A DNA stretch of 28,727 nt from a virus (IMGVR_UViG_3300024996_000123:1-28727), one strand, 5' to 3'. Shown: positions 6,958-16,082, counted from the stretch's first letter. Notes: generated from the sequence alone by a model not told the origin. Made by a program: numbers and translations.

Positions 6958-7920
6958 TTACGGTCCCGGAGGGGTCGGATCGTCGGTCCCGGCCGAGAAC
7001 AGGTCGACGGGCAGGTCCAGGGCGCTGAAATCCGCGGTCTCGGCCAGGTACAGCACCTTCCAGATGACGCCGTCGGCGGGGCTCGCGACCGCGCCGTCGT
7101 CCTTCAAGGGGACGGGCTTGGATACCGGGGAGCCGTCGGGGCCCAGGATCTTGACGAGCTTGCCGTCCTTGAGCTGTCGGAGCCCGGCGTCCAGCACGAC
7201 CTCGGCCCAGCCGGAGACGCTGGTCTCGGCGACGACGGCCGGCTTGCGGTAGCCGAACTGGTAATCGACCGACCAGAGGTAGGCCCCTATGTCGTCGGAC
7301 CACTCGCACGATCCGACCACGCTCACGCACTTGACCGACTCGGCGGGGAAGCCCATCCAGGTCGAGCCGTTGACCTTCCCCTCGAAGTCGTCGATCCGGT
7401 CGCGGTCGAACCGACGTTCCTTGCGGGAGACCTCGAAGACGGTGGTGCGGGCCTCGCCGGCGAGGGGCGGGTCGAAGGGGTCGCCGGCGGCGTTGAGCAC
7501 GTCGACGCCGTCGCGGTCGACCGTGGCCGCGGTCTCCCGTACCTCGGAGCGGGCGCGGAGGGTCGGCCGGGCCTGGAACGGGTCGCGATCGCCGTTCGCG
7601 TCGACCGGCCCGCGCTCGGGGTCCTTGCCCTCCCAGGAGCGCGGCTTGAAGGAGAGCGTGGCCCTCCACTGCTTGCCGTCGGGACTCGACCGTTCCAGCG
7701 TCACGTCGTTGAGGACGCACCGCGGGTCGGTCTCGACGGCCGTCTTGGTCAGCGGCCAGCGGTAGGTCATGCCGGCGAACAGGTTCAGCGCGTCGGCGAC
7801 CGTCTTCGCGCCGACGTTGGGGTCGTCGGTCTCGATCCGAAGCTCGGCCGAGTAGTTCCAGCCTTCCTGGAGCGACCATCCGGAGTGTGTCCCGAGGTCG
7901 GAGATCGACGTGACTTGCAA
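6958..7920 (-). CDS. Minor tail protein (distal tail/tail-tip hub candidate, 320 aa)
   Basis: Immediately follows the tape measure; globular beta-rich composition; typical codon bias. Confidence 0.7.
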   Translation of the reverse strand: MQVTSISDLGTHSGWSLQEGWNYSAELRIETDDPNVGAKTVADALNLFAGMTYRWPLTKTAVETDPRCVLNDVTLERSSPDGKQWRATLSFKPRSWEGKDPERGPVDANGDRDPFQARPTLRARSEVRETAATVDRDGVDVLNAAGDPFDPPLAGEARTTVFEVSRKERRFDRDRIDDFEGKVNGSTWMGFPAESVKCVSVVGSCEWSDDIGAYLWSVDYQFGYRKPAVVAETSVSGWAEVVLDAGLRQLKDGKLVKILGPDGSPVSKPVPLKDDGAVASPADGVIWKVLYLAETADFSALDLPVDLFSAGTDDPTPPGP

Positions 7921-7932
7921 TGTGGGCCTCGA

Positions 7933-10119
7933 TCAGATGGCGACGGTGGGGGCGATGGAAGCGGCGAGCTTGTCGCCGATGGCGGCGGCGACGGCGCGGA
8001 CGGCCGGGACGAGGCCCTCGGTGTTGGAGGCCGTCTTGCGGGCGGCCTCGGCGGCGTCGTCGCGGCCGCCGCCGTGGCGGGCGCGAAGGACGATGGAGGC
8101 GGCCTCGCGGGAGCCCAGGCGGGCGGCCTCGGCGAAGTCCGCGGATCGGGAGGCCGACGTCTTGGCCTTGGGGACGGCGGGTTCGGCCTTGGGAGCGCCG
8201 ATCTTCTCGGCCGGGGCGTTCCCGAGCTTGGCCCGGGCCTCGGCGATCCGGGCGGCGGCGGCGTCGAACGCCTGGTCGACGAGCTTCCGGGTGGGCCGGG
8301 TGGCGGCGGCGGCGGCGGTCTCGGCGGCGGCGGCGGCGACCCGGTCGGCCTGCTCGGCGTAGGATTGCAGGCCGTCGGCCGAGCCGGCGAGCGTCCCCGT
8401 GAAGTCGAGCCGTTCCAGGAAGGTCGCCAGCACGACCATGCGGCGGGCGACGGCCGCGAGGCCGGTGTCGAGGGTCGCGACGAAGGTCGCCGCGGCCCCG
8501 CGGGCGAAGTCCCAGGCGTCGGCCATGCGGCCGACGGCGCCCTGGACGACGGCGATCCCGGCGTTGGACCCCTCCAGGGAGTCGAGCGACACGCCGAACC
8601 AGTCCATGACCGCCTTGGAGGCGTCGGTCCAGGCGATCCCGGCGGCGGCGATCAGGGTGTTGACGCCGCCCAGGGCGGCGCCCAGGAGCGGGGCGGTGGT
8701 CTCGCCGATCGTCTGCCAGAGCTGCTCCAGACGGCCCCAGAACTCGGCCATGCGGGCGGCGGTCCCGGTGGACTCGCGGGCGAGGGCGCCCTCGTCCTTG
8801 GAGAGCCCGTCCTGGATGAGCGCGATCCGGGCCTGGATCTTGGCCGCGTCGGTCATCGCGCCGGTGGCGCCGACCAGGCCCATGGCGAACGCCTTGCTCT
8901 TGACGTGGGCGTCGTCGATCAGGATGCCCCATTCCTTCAGGGGCTCCGATTCGCCGGAGAGCCCCGAGCGGATCTTGAGCAGGGCCGTGGCCAGGTCGAC
9001 ATCCCGGAACGCGGCGGCGTCCGCGGCCAGGTTGCTGAACCCAACGGCTAATTTGGATGCGTCGTCCTCGGCATAGCCCATCCCCTGAAGCATGCCGCCG
9101 ATGGCGGCGGCGCCGTCCAGGTACGCCTGGCGGGAGGAGCCGTAGGCGTCGGCCATGAGGTTCGCGTTCTCCTTCACCCGCGCCGCCGCGTTCCCGAAGA
9201 CCTGGTCCGTCTTGTTGAACGCCTCGGTCAAATGCGCGGCGGCGGCCGCGCCCTTGAGCGCGACCGCCCCGAACGCGACCGCCGCGAGCGCCCCGACCTT
9301 GGCGAACGCCGAACCGACCGAGAGCACGGCCGAGGCCGAGGACCTGGCCATGGAGACGACGCCGCGGCCGATGGCGGCGGGGATCGCGAGGGCCGCGCGG
9401 GCGGCGCCCCTGACGATTCCGGCGAACCCCTTGACGACGCCGGCGAGTCCGCCGACGGCCGTCGGCGCCCACGACAGCGCCTCGCGTCCGTTTCTCAGGG
9501 CCGAGAACAGCGCGACGCCGGCTCCCTTCCAGTCCTTCCGGAACAACGCCGCGGTCAGCTTCGCCAGGTCGGCCGTCGCCCTGGCGGAGCCTCCGACGAG
9601 CCCCGTCATTCCCTCGGCGAACCGGAACACGCCCGCCGCCGCGCGGACGGCCCCCACGCCCACCGCGACGAACCCGGAGGCGATCTTGAGCAGGACGCCG
9701 CCCTCGAACGTCGCCAGCTTCACCGCGAATAGGCCGATGTCCGCGAAGAGCAAGTAGCGACGGACCTTGCGCGTCGCGGATCCAAACGCGGCCACGGCCG
9801 ACGTAGTCGAGGCGATCCGACCGCGAAGGACGGCCGCCTTCTCGGCGTCGCGGGTGAACGCCAGCCGCAGCCGGTCCACGCCGACCTTGGTCCAGCCGGC
9901 GGCGCGGCCGAGGTCGGCGACGGCCGCCGCCGTCTCGGCGACCCCGATCGCCCCCTTGAAGGCCGAGAACGCCCGGCCCATCGTCAGCGCGCCGACGGCC
10001 GCGTCGCGGGCGACGGCCGTCGACCAGGACTTGACGATCCCGCGGGACTTGGCCATGTCTCGGGCCAGGGGCGCCGTGTCGGCCCTGACCGACAGGGCGA
10101 TGCTTCCGATCAAGGCCAT
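7933..10119 (-). CDS. Tail tape measure protein (728 aa)
   Basis: MALIGSIALSVRADTAPL start, Ala/Gly-rich helical repeats, KIRSGLSGESEPLKEWGI motif, longest tail gene. Confidence 0.9.
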   Translation of the reverse strand: MALIGSIALSVRADTAPLARDMAKSRGIVKSWSTAVARDAAVGALTMGRAFSAFKGAIGVAETAAAVADLGRAAGWTKVGVDRLRLAFTRDAEKAAVLRGRIASTTSAVAAFGSATRKVRRYLLFADIGLFAVKLATFEGGVLLKIASGFVAVGVGAVRAAAGVFRFAEGMTGLVGGSARATADLAKLTAALFRKDWKGAGVALFSALRNGREALSWAPTAVGGLAGVVKGFAGIVRGAARAALAIPAAIGRGVVSMARSSASAVLSVGSAFAKVGALAAVAFGAVALKGAAAAAHLTEAFNKTDQVFGNAAARVKENANLMADAYGSSRQAYLDGAAAIGGMLQGMGYAEDDASKLAVGFSNLAADAAAFRDVDLATALLKIRSGLSGESEPLKEWGILIDDAHVKSKAFAMGLVGATGAMTDAAKIQARIALIQDGLSKDEGALARESTGTAARMAEFWGRLEQLWQTIGETTAPLLGAALGGVNTLIAAAGIAWTDASKAVMDWFGVSLDSLEGSNAGIAVVQGAVGRMADAWDFARGAAATFVATLDTGLAAVARRMVVLATFLERLDFTGTLAGSADGLQSYAEQADRVAAAAAETAAAAATRPTRKLVDQAFDAAAARIAEARAKLGNAPAEKIGAPKAEPAVPKAKTSASRSADFAEAARLGSREAASIVLRARHGGGRDDAAEAARKTASNTEGLVPAVRAVAAAIGDKLAASIAPTVAI

Positions 10120-10122
10120 GGG

Positions 10123-10647
10123 CTACCGACTCCTCCCCAGGGCCGCCGCCTCGGCGAGGGCGCCCTTGCGGATCCCGATCGTGATCTCCAGCCGCGCGCG
10201 GCGCTTGGTGGCGTCGAACGCCCGCTTCATGGCGTGGGTCGCCGGCAGCTTCCTGGTGCCGAACTCGCGGAAGGCGGCGTAGAACGTCTTGTCGACGTAG
10301 GCGCCCTGGTTGATCCGGACGTCGATCCCCACGCTCTTGCGCCCGCCCCTGGTGGCCCGGACCTTGACGCCGCGGACGGTGGCGCCGGTCGATTGCGACG
10401 GTCGGCCGGAGACGGTCGGGTTCGGCGTCGCGGCGGCGATCTCGGCCTTCACCCGCGCCTGGACGGGCTTCATCCCCGCCCCCATCGCGCGCGACAGCAC
10501 CTTGCGGCGGACCTTGGGCTCCAGCGCGTTCAAGGCCCGGTCGACCTTGGGAATCCCCGTGATCGCCAGCTTGAAGCGCGGGCCGCCGCTCCCCGACGTC
10601 GAGGCGCCCGAGCCGGCCCAACGCTTGCCCGCGCCCGCGACGCTCAC
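10123..10647 (-). CDS. HK97-gp10 family tail component
   Basis: ITGIPKVDRAL...TG...FYAAFREFGTRKLPA..MKRAFD signature. Confidence 0.85.
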   Translation of the reverse strand: MSVAGAGKRWAGSGASTSGSGGPRFKLAITGIPKVDRALNALEPKVRRKVLSRAMGAGMKPVQARVKAEIAAATPNPTVSGRPSQSTGATVRGVKVRATRGGRKSVGIDVRINQGAYVDKTFYAAFREFGTRKLPATHAMKRAFDATKRRARLEITIGIRKGALAEAAALGRSR

Positions 10648-10883
10648 GAGAGCGGCGTTCTGGGACGGGGGGCGTCGTCGTCGTCGTCCCGCGCGTCGAG
10701 AGGCTCAGACATCCCGAACGCATCGAGCAGGGTTTCGTCGGAGTCGATCCGCCAGACGGCCGAGGCGTGGAAGCCGTCGAGCGTCCGCTCGATCGAGAAC
10801 CGGACGACGCGGTCGATCCGGACGCCGGTCTCGGGAAGCTCGACGTTCATCCCGGCGGGGGACTCGTTCACATGGATGAGCAT
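10644..10883 (-). CDS. Hypothetical protein (79 aa)
   Basis: ATG 10883 with GAGG RBS; GTGA overlap with the gp10 gene. Confidence 0.6.
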   Translation of the reverse strand: MLIHVNESPAGMNVELPETGVRIDRVVRFSIERTLDGFHASAVWRIDSDETLLDAFGMSEPLDARDDDDDAPRPRTPLS

Positions 10884-11191
10884 GACGGCAGGTTCCTCGA
10901 CATCAGGGTGGCGGTCTCCTCGGGGGAGAGCCGTTCGGATTCGACGGCCGACGCCCGGATCGGCCGGAGGACCAGGTCCTCCAGCCGCGGCGGCTTGCCG
11001 CCCGCGGCGGCGATGATCGTCTGGCAGACGTGGGCGTGATGGAGGTTGAGGTCGGGCAGGCCGACGATCCGGTCGAACGCCAGCCACGTTTCGTAGTCGG
11101 CGGCGGGCGTCGCGTCGATGTCGGCGAGGGTGATTCCCAGGGCCAGGGCCAGCCGGCAGCGGAGGAGCGTCGGCGACCCCGGCCGGGTCAT
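10868..11191 (-). CDS. Tail assembly chaperone, gpT-like frame (107 aa)
   Basis: RLALALGITLADID..AADYETWLAFDRIVG resembles gpT; lies in the -1 frame at the end of the gpG-like gene. Confidence 0.75.
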   Translation of the reverse strand: MTRPGSPTLLRCRLALALGITLADIDATPAADYETWLAFDRIVGLPDLNLHHAHVCQTIIAAAGGKPPRLEDLVLRPIRASAVESERLSPEETATLMSRNLPSCSSM

Positions 11192-11520
11192 TCCCCCTCC
11201 AGGTCCGCCACTTCCTTGGTGGAGTACTTGTTCAGCCGGATCGCGGCGTCCACGATCGGTTCGAGGGCGTCGCCGGCCAGCATGGAGAGGGCCTCGACGT
11301 CGGCGTCGGTGAACAGCGGCGCGCCGGTCTCGTCGACCGCCGAGGCGACGACCATGCGGGGCCGGAAGTAGCGGCCCTTGTCGCCGGCGTTGGCGATCTC
11401 CAGCTTGTCGCGTTCGGCGATGGTCATCTGGCGGACCATGACCTCGCCACCCAGGGCGGGGACGGCGACGGCCTCGGTCTTGGGTACGGGTCTGGAAAGG
11501 AAGGCGATACGGTCGAGCAC
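11188..11520 (-). CDS. Tail assembly chaperone, gpG-like (110 aa)
   Basis: TEAVAVPALGGEVMVRQMTIAERD...VDETGAPLFTDADVEAL...RLN typical TAC; follows the tail tube gene. Confidence 0.85.
   Translation of the reverse strand: MLDRIAFLSRPVPKTEAVAVPALGGEVMVRQMTIAERDKLEIANAGDKGRYFRPRMVVASAVDETGAPLFTDADVEALSMLAGDALEPIVDAAIRLNKYSTKEVADLEGE
11191..11197 (-). other. Putative programmed -1 frameshift slippery site GGGGGAA
   Basis: GAG GGG GAA TGA at the end of gpG; -1 frame continues GGA ATG ACC into the gpT-like ORF. Confidence 0.65.
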
Positions 11521-11579
11521 GGGGCGGTTCCTTGGTTGCGGATCCGGGATCGGTCGTCGGGGCGTCGGGGCGTCGGGGG

Positions 11580-12017
11580 TCAGGTCCCCGATTCGGCGTA
11601 GGCGGTGATGGCGCCGGAGACCTTGATCGTGGCGGACGCCTCCAGGTTGCCGTCGGCGGCCTGGGCGGCGGGGGGCAGGGAGGTGAGGAAGCCGGCGAAC
11701 TGTTCGCCCTTGCCGGGGGTGGTCGGGGCGACGACCCGCCAGTACATGAGGACCGGCGGGGTCTCGCCGGTGACGTACTTGCGCAGGGCGGCGTGGGCGG
11801 TGTCGGCGGGGTCGAACTGAAGCTCGAAGGTGGTCTCGCCGGGATCGACCCGGCCGGGGCGGAAGGTGCCCACGGCGTCGTCGTAAGTCGAGGTTTCGAC
11901 CGATCCGACCTTGGGGTCGGGGAAGCCGACCGAGAGGATCCCGCCGACCTTCGTGTAGGTCCCGGAATCGGTGAGGGAGTAATAGAGCTTGGTTCCAAGC
12001 GCGGGGACGGCGGCCAT
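11580..12017 (-). CDS. Major tail tube protein (145 aa)
   Basis: GTKLYY...VETSTYDD..FRPGRVDPGETTFELQFDP...FAGFL...ATIKVSG, a lambda gpV-N/TTP-like pattern. Confidence 0.85.
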   Translation of the reverse strand: MAAVPALGTKLYYSLTDSGTYTKVGGILSVGFPDPKVGSVETSTYDDAVGTFRPGRVDPGETTFELQFDPADTAHAALRKYVTGETPPVLMYWRVVAPTTPGKGEQFAGFLTSLPPAAQAADGNLEASATIKVSGAITAYAESGT

Positions 12018-12020
12018 GGT

Positions 12021-12836
12021 TCAGGCGACTCCGGGGAGGGCGGGGATGGGGACGCGGCGGCGGACCTTGATCTGGACGATCCGGCGGTGGAGCCACTCGT
12101 CGCGGCCGTCGGCGCGGCGTTCGACGGCCTCGGCGACGTCCTCGACGAAGCAGCCCAGGAGGACGACCCGGCCGACCTTGCCGCGGAGGCCGTGGAAGGC
12201 GGCGACGACGGCCTGGGCGGCGGCGTCGGCGTCGGCGGCGGCGAGGGCCTGGCAGTCGACCTGGAGCGAGGCGTCGGCCGTGCCGTCGCCGCCGTCGAGG
12301 TTGAGGCCGGGATCGTCGGCGGGGAACGAGAAGACGACGGCGGGCGGGGCCTTGCCTTGCGGAAGCGCCGCGTGGTGGACGCGCGGGCCGACCACGACGG
12401 TCAACTCGGCCGAGGCGGCCAGGATCGCGTACACGGCCTCCCTGAGCGTCCCGGGGCCCGTGTCCGGCCCGTGGACCTGGACGACGGCCGTTCCCGCGAG
12501 GGAGGCGGCGGCGAGCGCGTCGAGGAGCGTGGCGATCCCGGCGGGGGCGGCGCCCAACGCCCTGGCGGGGAGTCCGCCGTAGCCGGGGGGCTCGAACCAG
12601 AGGCCGTCGGGGTTGGCGGTGACGCCCGGCAGAGCGCCGCCGGAGGCCGGGGCGCGGGCGACGACGACGGGGACGGCCGTCCCCGCGATCGCCGAGCCGC
12701 CCTCGGGGACGTGGATCCGGGAGTCGCGCGGGACGAGGATCCCCCGGGCGTCGCCGCGATAGGTCCAGGCGATGCCGGTGGGGCCGTCCCCGGGGGAGAC
12801 GATCGGTTCCCCGCGATAGGTCGCGATCGCCGCCAT
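12021..12836 (-). CDS. Tail terminator (DUF3168-like) with ~130-aa N-terminal extension
   Basis: C-terminal LREAVYAILAASAELTVVVGPRVH...PAVVF...LQVDC matches DUF3168; directly upstream of the tail tube gene. Confidence 0.75.
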   Translation of the reverse strand: MAAIATYRGEPIVSPGDGPTGIAWTYRGDARGILVPRDSRIHVPEGGSAIAGTAVPVVVARAPASGGALPGVTANPDGLWFEPPGYGGLPARALGAAPAGIATLLDALAAASLAGTAVVQVHGPDTGPGTLREAVYAILAASAELTVVVGPRVHHAALPQGKAPPAVVFSFPADDPGLNLDGGDGTADASLQVDCQALAAADADAAAQAVVAAFHGLRGKVGRVVLLGCFVEDVAEAVERRADGRDEWLHRRIVQIKVRRRVPIPALPGVA

Positions 12837-12839
12837 GGA

Positions 12840-13289
12840 TCAGCCCAGTTCGATGTAAGGCGTGTAGACCGTCTTGCCGCCCTGGCAGGCGACGAACGGA
12901 CACGGGAGCACGTCCGAACCGATCAGGGCGCCAGACTCGGCCCCGAGGACGAAGTAGCCGGTGATCGTGGTCCCCGGCGGTACGGTCCAGGACGCGGCCT
13001 CGGAGTAGACCGACGCGCCGACGCCCGATCGACCCGGCACGCCCTCCGGGTCGATCGGCGCGGCGACGACTGGGGTCCCCCAGGCGTCGGGGCCGATCCG
13101 CCTCGCGAGCGTCTTGCGGGCGTAGCCGTCGTGGTCGGCCTCGGCGGCGAGGTACCGCGCGGCGGTCTCGTCCTCGGCCTGTTCGACCGGGGCGGTGGTC
13201 ATGCAGAGGAGCCAATCCTCGCCGCCGCCGGCTTGCGAGAGCAGTTCCGAGAGCAGCTTGACGGCCCCCTCGCGCGCGATGGTGAACAC
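12840..13289 (-). CDS. Putative virion accessory protein (149 aa)
   Basis: EA...GYARK...W...TITGYFV...GALI pattern recalls small phage fibre/decoration proteins; tightly packed in the operon. Confidence 0.55.
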   Translation of the reverse strand: MFTIAREGAVKLLSELLSQAGGGEDWLLCMTTAPVEQAEDETAARYLAAEADHDGYARKTLARRIGPDAWGTPVVAAPIDPEGVPGRSGVGASVYSEAASWTVPPGTTITGYFVLGAESGALIGSDVLPCPFVACQGGKTVYTPYIELG

Positions 13290-13292
13290 GGC

Positions 13293-13559
13293 TCAGCCCC
13301 CAGTCGCGATTTCGGCCGCGGCCTTCTTGCGCATCAGCCGGATCGCCAGGTCGCTCGCCATCTCGACGAGGTCGGACTCCTCGGCGTGGTCCCGGATGAG
13401 TTCCGAGAGCAGGATGGGCGCGGCCTCGTTGCTCCAGACCGTTTGATGGCGGGTCACGAATCCGACGACGACCGCCAGGTCGAACCCGAAGGTCACGCCG
13501 ACGTCGCCGGGGACCTTCTCCGCGCGGAACGGGAGCAGGTCGCAGTTGTCGAGAATCAC
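13293..13559 (-). CDS. Hypothetical protein (88 aa)
   Basis: 3-nt gaps on both sides; protein-like composition. Confidence 0.6.
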   Translation of the reverse strand: MILDNCDLLPFRAEKVPGDVGVTFGFDLAVVVGFVTRHQTVWSNEAAPILLSELIRDHAEESDLVEMASDLAIRLMRKKAAAEIATGG

Positions 13560-13562
13560 GGT

Positions 13563-13898
13563 TCACGCGCCTTTCGGGGTTTCGTGGCAGCGGACGGTCA
13601 GTTCCGTCCCGCGCGTCTCCCAATCCGCGACGGCGGAGATCGCCAGGGTCCGATCGGTCCCGGCGATTCGGAAGCGGCCGGTGGAATCGATCCGCGGGTC
13701 GTGGCGGCAGGTGACTTCGTGGTCGGCCGACGCGCGGACTTGCGGGCCGGCGTCGACGGTCTCGTCGCCCTTCAGGGGTCGGAGCCTGGCCCAGAGGCCG
13801 AAGGCGTCGGTCCACTCGTCGTGGGACGCGCCGCCGCCGCCGTCGACCGTCGCGGGGGTTTGGTAGACCAGGCGGGTCCTCAGACGTCCGGCCCTCAC
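13563..13898 (-). CDS. Head closure/head-tail adaptor (SPP1 gp16-like, 111 aa)
   Basis: MRAGRLRTR...W....WARLRPLKGDE signature; GTGA overlap. Confidence 0.85.
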   Translation of the reverse strand: MRAGRLRTRLVYQTPATVDGGGGASHDEWTDAFGLWARLRPLKGDETVDAGPQVRASADHEVTCRHDPRIDSTGRFRIAGTDRTLAISAVADWETRGTELTVRCHETPKGA

Positions 13899-14488
13899 GG
13901 GTAGCCTCCCCAGCGGGCCGGCGCGAGCAGGCCGTCGAGTCCGGGAAGCTCGGCGAGCGAGACGCCGGGGACGACGGCCTCGCGGTTCTCGTAGTGGGCG
14001 CCGATATGGAGGAGCATCCAGTCCTTGAGCGAGGCGGGGACGTCGGCGGCGGAGGCGTAGCCGGCGGTGTAGACGACCTCCACGGCGGCGAGGCCGGGGC
14101 GGACGCAAGGGCAGCACGCGCCGAGGACGGGGCGGATGCGTCCCGGAGGTCCCTCGTCGACCTCGTAAAGCGACGGGTCCAGGACGCGGACGACGCCCTC
14201 GACGTCGCGGTACGAGACGGCGTCGATGGTCAGGAGCGCGTCCTCGATCCGGATCTCCCGGAACCAGCGGCCGTCGAACGACTGGGGGGCGGGCCAGCGC
14301 TCAAGCGACAGACGCCAGGACGTTGGGAGCAGGGTTCGCGACGTCGCCTCCTCGGCCGCCTCGCGGGCCGCCCGGATCAAGCGGCCGATCAGCGCGTCCT
14401 CCAGGTCGTGTTCGACGCGGAGGTGGAGCTTGGCCTCGTCGAGCGTCAACGGCTCGCCGGCCGGGGGCGTCACGAGACGGCGCGGCAT
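13895..14488 (-). CDS. Head-tail connector (HK97 gp6/phiE125 gp8-like)
   Basis: PPAGEPLTLDEAKLHLRV...AGY...VP...HYENRE. Confidence 0.9.
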   Translation of the reverse strand: MPRRLVTPPAGEPLTLDEAKLHLRVEHDLEDALIGRLIRAAREAAEEATSRTLLPTSWRLSLERWPAPQSFDGRWFREIRIEDALLTIDAVSYRDVEGVVRVLDPSLYEVDEGPPGRIRPVLGACCPCVRPGLAAVEVVYTAGYASAADVPASLKDWMLLHIGAHYENREAVVPGVSLAELPGLDGLLAPARWGGYP

Positions 14489-14489
14489 C

Positions 14490-14753
14490 TTATTTCGCCT
14501 TCCTCCTGGGCGCCCTCGGTTCGGGCTGGGGCTCGGGTTCCGGCTCGGGCTCGGGCTGGGGCTCGGGTTCCGGTTCCGGCTCGGGTTCCGGCTCGGGTTC
14601 GGGCGTCGGCGGTGGATCCGGGAACGGCTCCAGGGCCTCGGCGTAGCCGGCGGCCACCAGGTCGCGGGCCGTCGCGAGGGGGACGTCGGCCGGGGCGCCG
14701 GCGTCGATGCAGCCGCCGGGGCCGGCGAGGATCGTGCGCATGCGGATCTTCAC
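14490..14753 (-). CDS. Small post-capsid protein with (PE)n linker (87 aa)
   Basis: DVP...[11 protein letters not shown] domain common after capsid genes, followed by a PE/PQ repeat and basic tail. Confidence 0.7.
   Translation of the reverse strand: MKIRMRTILAGPGGCIDAGAPADVPLATARDLVAAGYAEALEPFPDPPPTPEPEPEPEPEPEPEPQPEPEPEPEPQPEPRAPRRKAK
14518..14603. repeat. Degenerate 6-bp tandem repeat encoding Pro-Glu
   Basis: About 14 units of CCSGAR/CCCCAG on the minus strand. Confidence 0.85.
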
Positions 14754-14807
14754 GGTCGCTCCGGGGGAGTCGGGCGGGCGCGGGGCGCCCGCCGTCGGAT
14801 CGGATCA

Positions 14808-16082
14808 TCAGGCCAGCTTGCAGCGGCTGAACGCCTCGGCCAGGACGGGGGCGCCGTCGACCCAGCGGCGGGAGATGAAGCCGATTTCACTGGTGTCGGA
14901 GTAGCGCTCCACCAGGCGCTGGATCCGGAGGTCGGAGACCTCGGCGATCCAGTAGTAGCGCAGGCAGCCGATGGCGCCGACGTAGAGGCCGGTGGTGAAG
15001 GTGGCGGGGACGTACTCGCTTTCGGCGACGGCGATCCCCAGCAGGCGGTCGGGCTGTCCGGCCTGGACGGAGGGTTGCCAGAGGTAGTTGTTGGTCGTGT
15101 CCTTGAGCTTGGAGACGGCCTCGATCGCCGTCCGGCTCCACATCCATCGGCAGGTGGGGTCGGCGCGGTAGCCGGGCTTCAGGCTGTACTTCATGGCGAT
15201 CAGGGTGTCGGCCGTGATCGCGGTGGTCGTGTTGGTGCCGGTGACGTCGCGGGTCGTCGGGACGCCGTTGGCGCTGGCGGTGAAGATCCCCAGCGGCTTG
15301 CCCGTGCCGTTGCCGGTGAGGTACGCCTTCTCCTCGGTGATGGCGTTCTTGTACGCCAGTTCGTCCTGGATGAGGCGCTCGATGTTGGAGTCGCGGTCGG
15401 ACGCCTCGATCGAGATCTTGGCGAGCTTGCTCATCAGGTAGGGCTTGAGGTCGCGACGGTCGAGGGCCATCGTCGTGTCCTCGGTGACGGCGGCGACCTC
15501 GCCCGACCAGTCGGCGTCGGCCATGCGCGAGGTCAGGCGGGGGACGCCGACGGTCTTGGCGCTTCCGATCCGCTGGATCCTGGCGAGGGGTCGGACGAAG
15601 ACGAGGTCGTCGATCCCCTTGACGATCTCGGCGGCGAGCTGGGTGGGGGTGACGAGGTAGCCGCCCTTGGAGTCGGTCCCCAGGACGGTGTCGCGGAACT
15701 CGCGGGGGATGGCGGCGTGGCGGACCTGGCCGGTGGCGAGCCACTCGGCGTAGACGGATCGGTATTCGGCCGATTCGCGGTACTGGCCGGCCGTCCGGTT
15801 CTCGGGCCGGTTCGACGCTCCGCCGGCCGCGGAGCGCTCGCCGCCGGCCATGGGGTCGCTGACGCGCTCGTCGGCGGTCTCCAGGCTGGCCTCGGCGGCT
15901 TCGAGCCGTTCGAGGTCCTCGTAGCGGCGTCGGAGTTCGTCGGCCGCGTTCATGAGGCGGTCGAACTCGGCGCGGTCCTCGGCGGTGGGGCCGCCCTGGC
16001 GGGCCTCGGCCTCGGCGTGCTTTTGACGGGCCTGGGCGATCAGCCCGGCGCGCTCCTCGCGGAGCTGGACGGCGGTCTTCAT
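14808..16082 (-). CDS. HK97-family major capsid protein with N-terminal delta (scaffold) domain
   Basis: Coiled-coil N-terminus, GGYLVTP, GNGTGKPLGI, KLKD..NYLWQP...LLG, EAF. Confidence 0.95.
   Translation of the reverse strand: MKTAVQLREERAGLIAQARQKHAEAEARQGGPTAEDRAEFDRLMNAADELRRRYEDLERLEAAEASLETADERVSDPMAGGERSAAGGASNRPENRTAGQYRESAEYRSVYAEWLATGQVRHAAIPREFRDTVLGTDSKGGYLVTPTQLAAEIVKGIDDLVFVRPLARIQRIGSAKTVGVPRLTSRMADADWSGEVAAVTEDTTMALDRRDLKPYLMSKLAKISIEASDRDSNIERLIQDELAYKNAITEEKAYLTGNGTGKPLGIFTASANGVPTTRDVTGTNTTTAITADTLIAMKYSLKPGYRADPTCRWMWSRTAIEAVSKLKDTTNNYLWQPSVQAGQPDRLLGIAVAESEYVPATFTTGLYVGAIGCLRYYWIAEVSDLRIQRLVERYSDTSEIGFISRRWVDGAPVLAEAFSRCKLA

Noticed and set aside
5768-7920. Diversity-generating retroelement or shufflon acting on the tail tip
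   Set aside because: No reverse transcriptase, no TR/VR repeat pair and no inverted alternative C-termini seen
6590-10723. 1377-aa minus-strand ORF, and similar long Arg/Pro/Gly-rich ORFs (11188-13815, 21169-23142, 4001-5545)
   Set aside because: Off-frame shadows in very GC-rich DNA; only the 3' ends of the first three correspond to real genes
14518-14603. Repeat array as CRISPR or iterons
   Set aside because: 6-bp coding repeat without spacers
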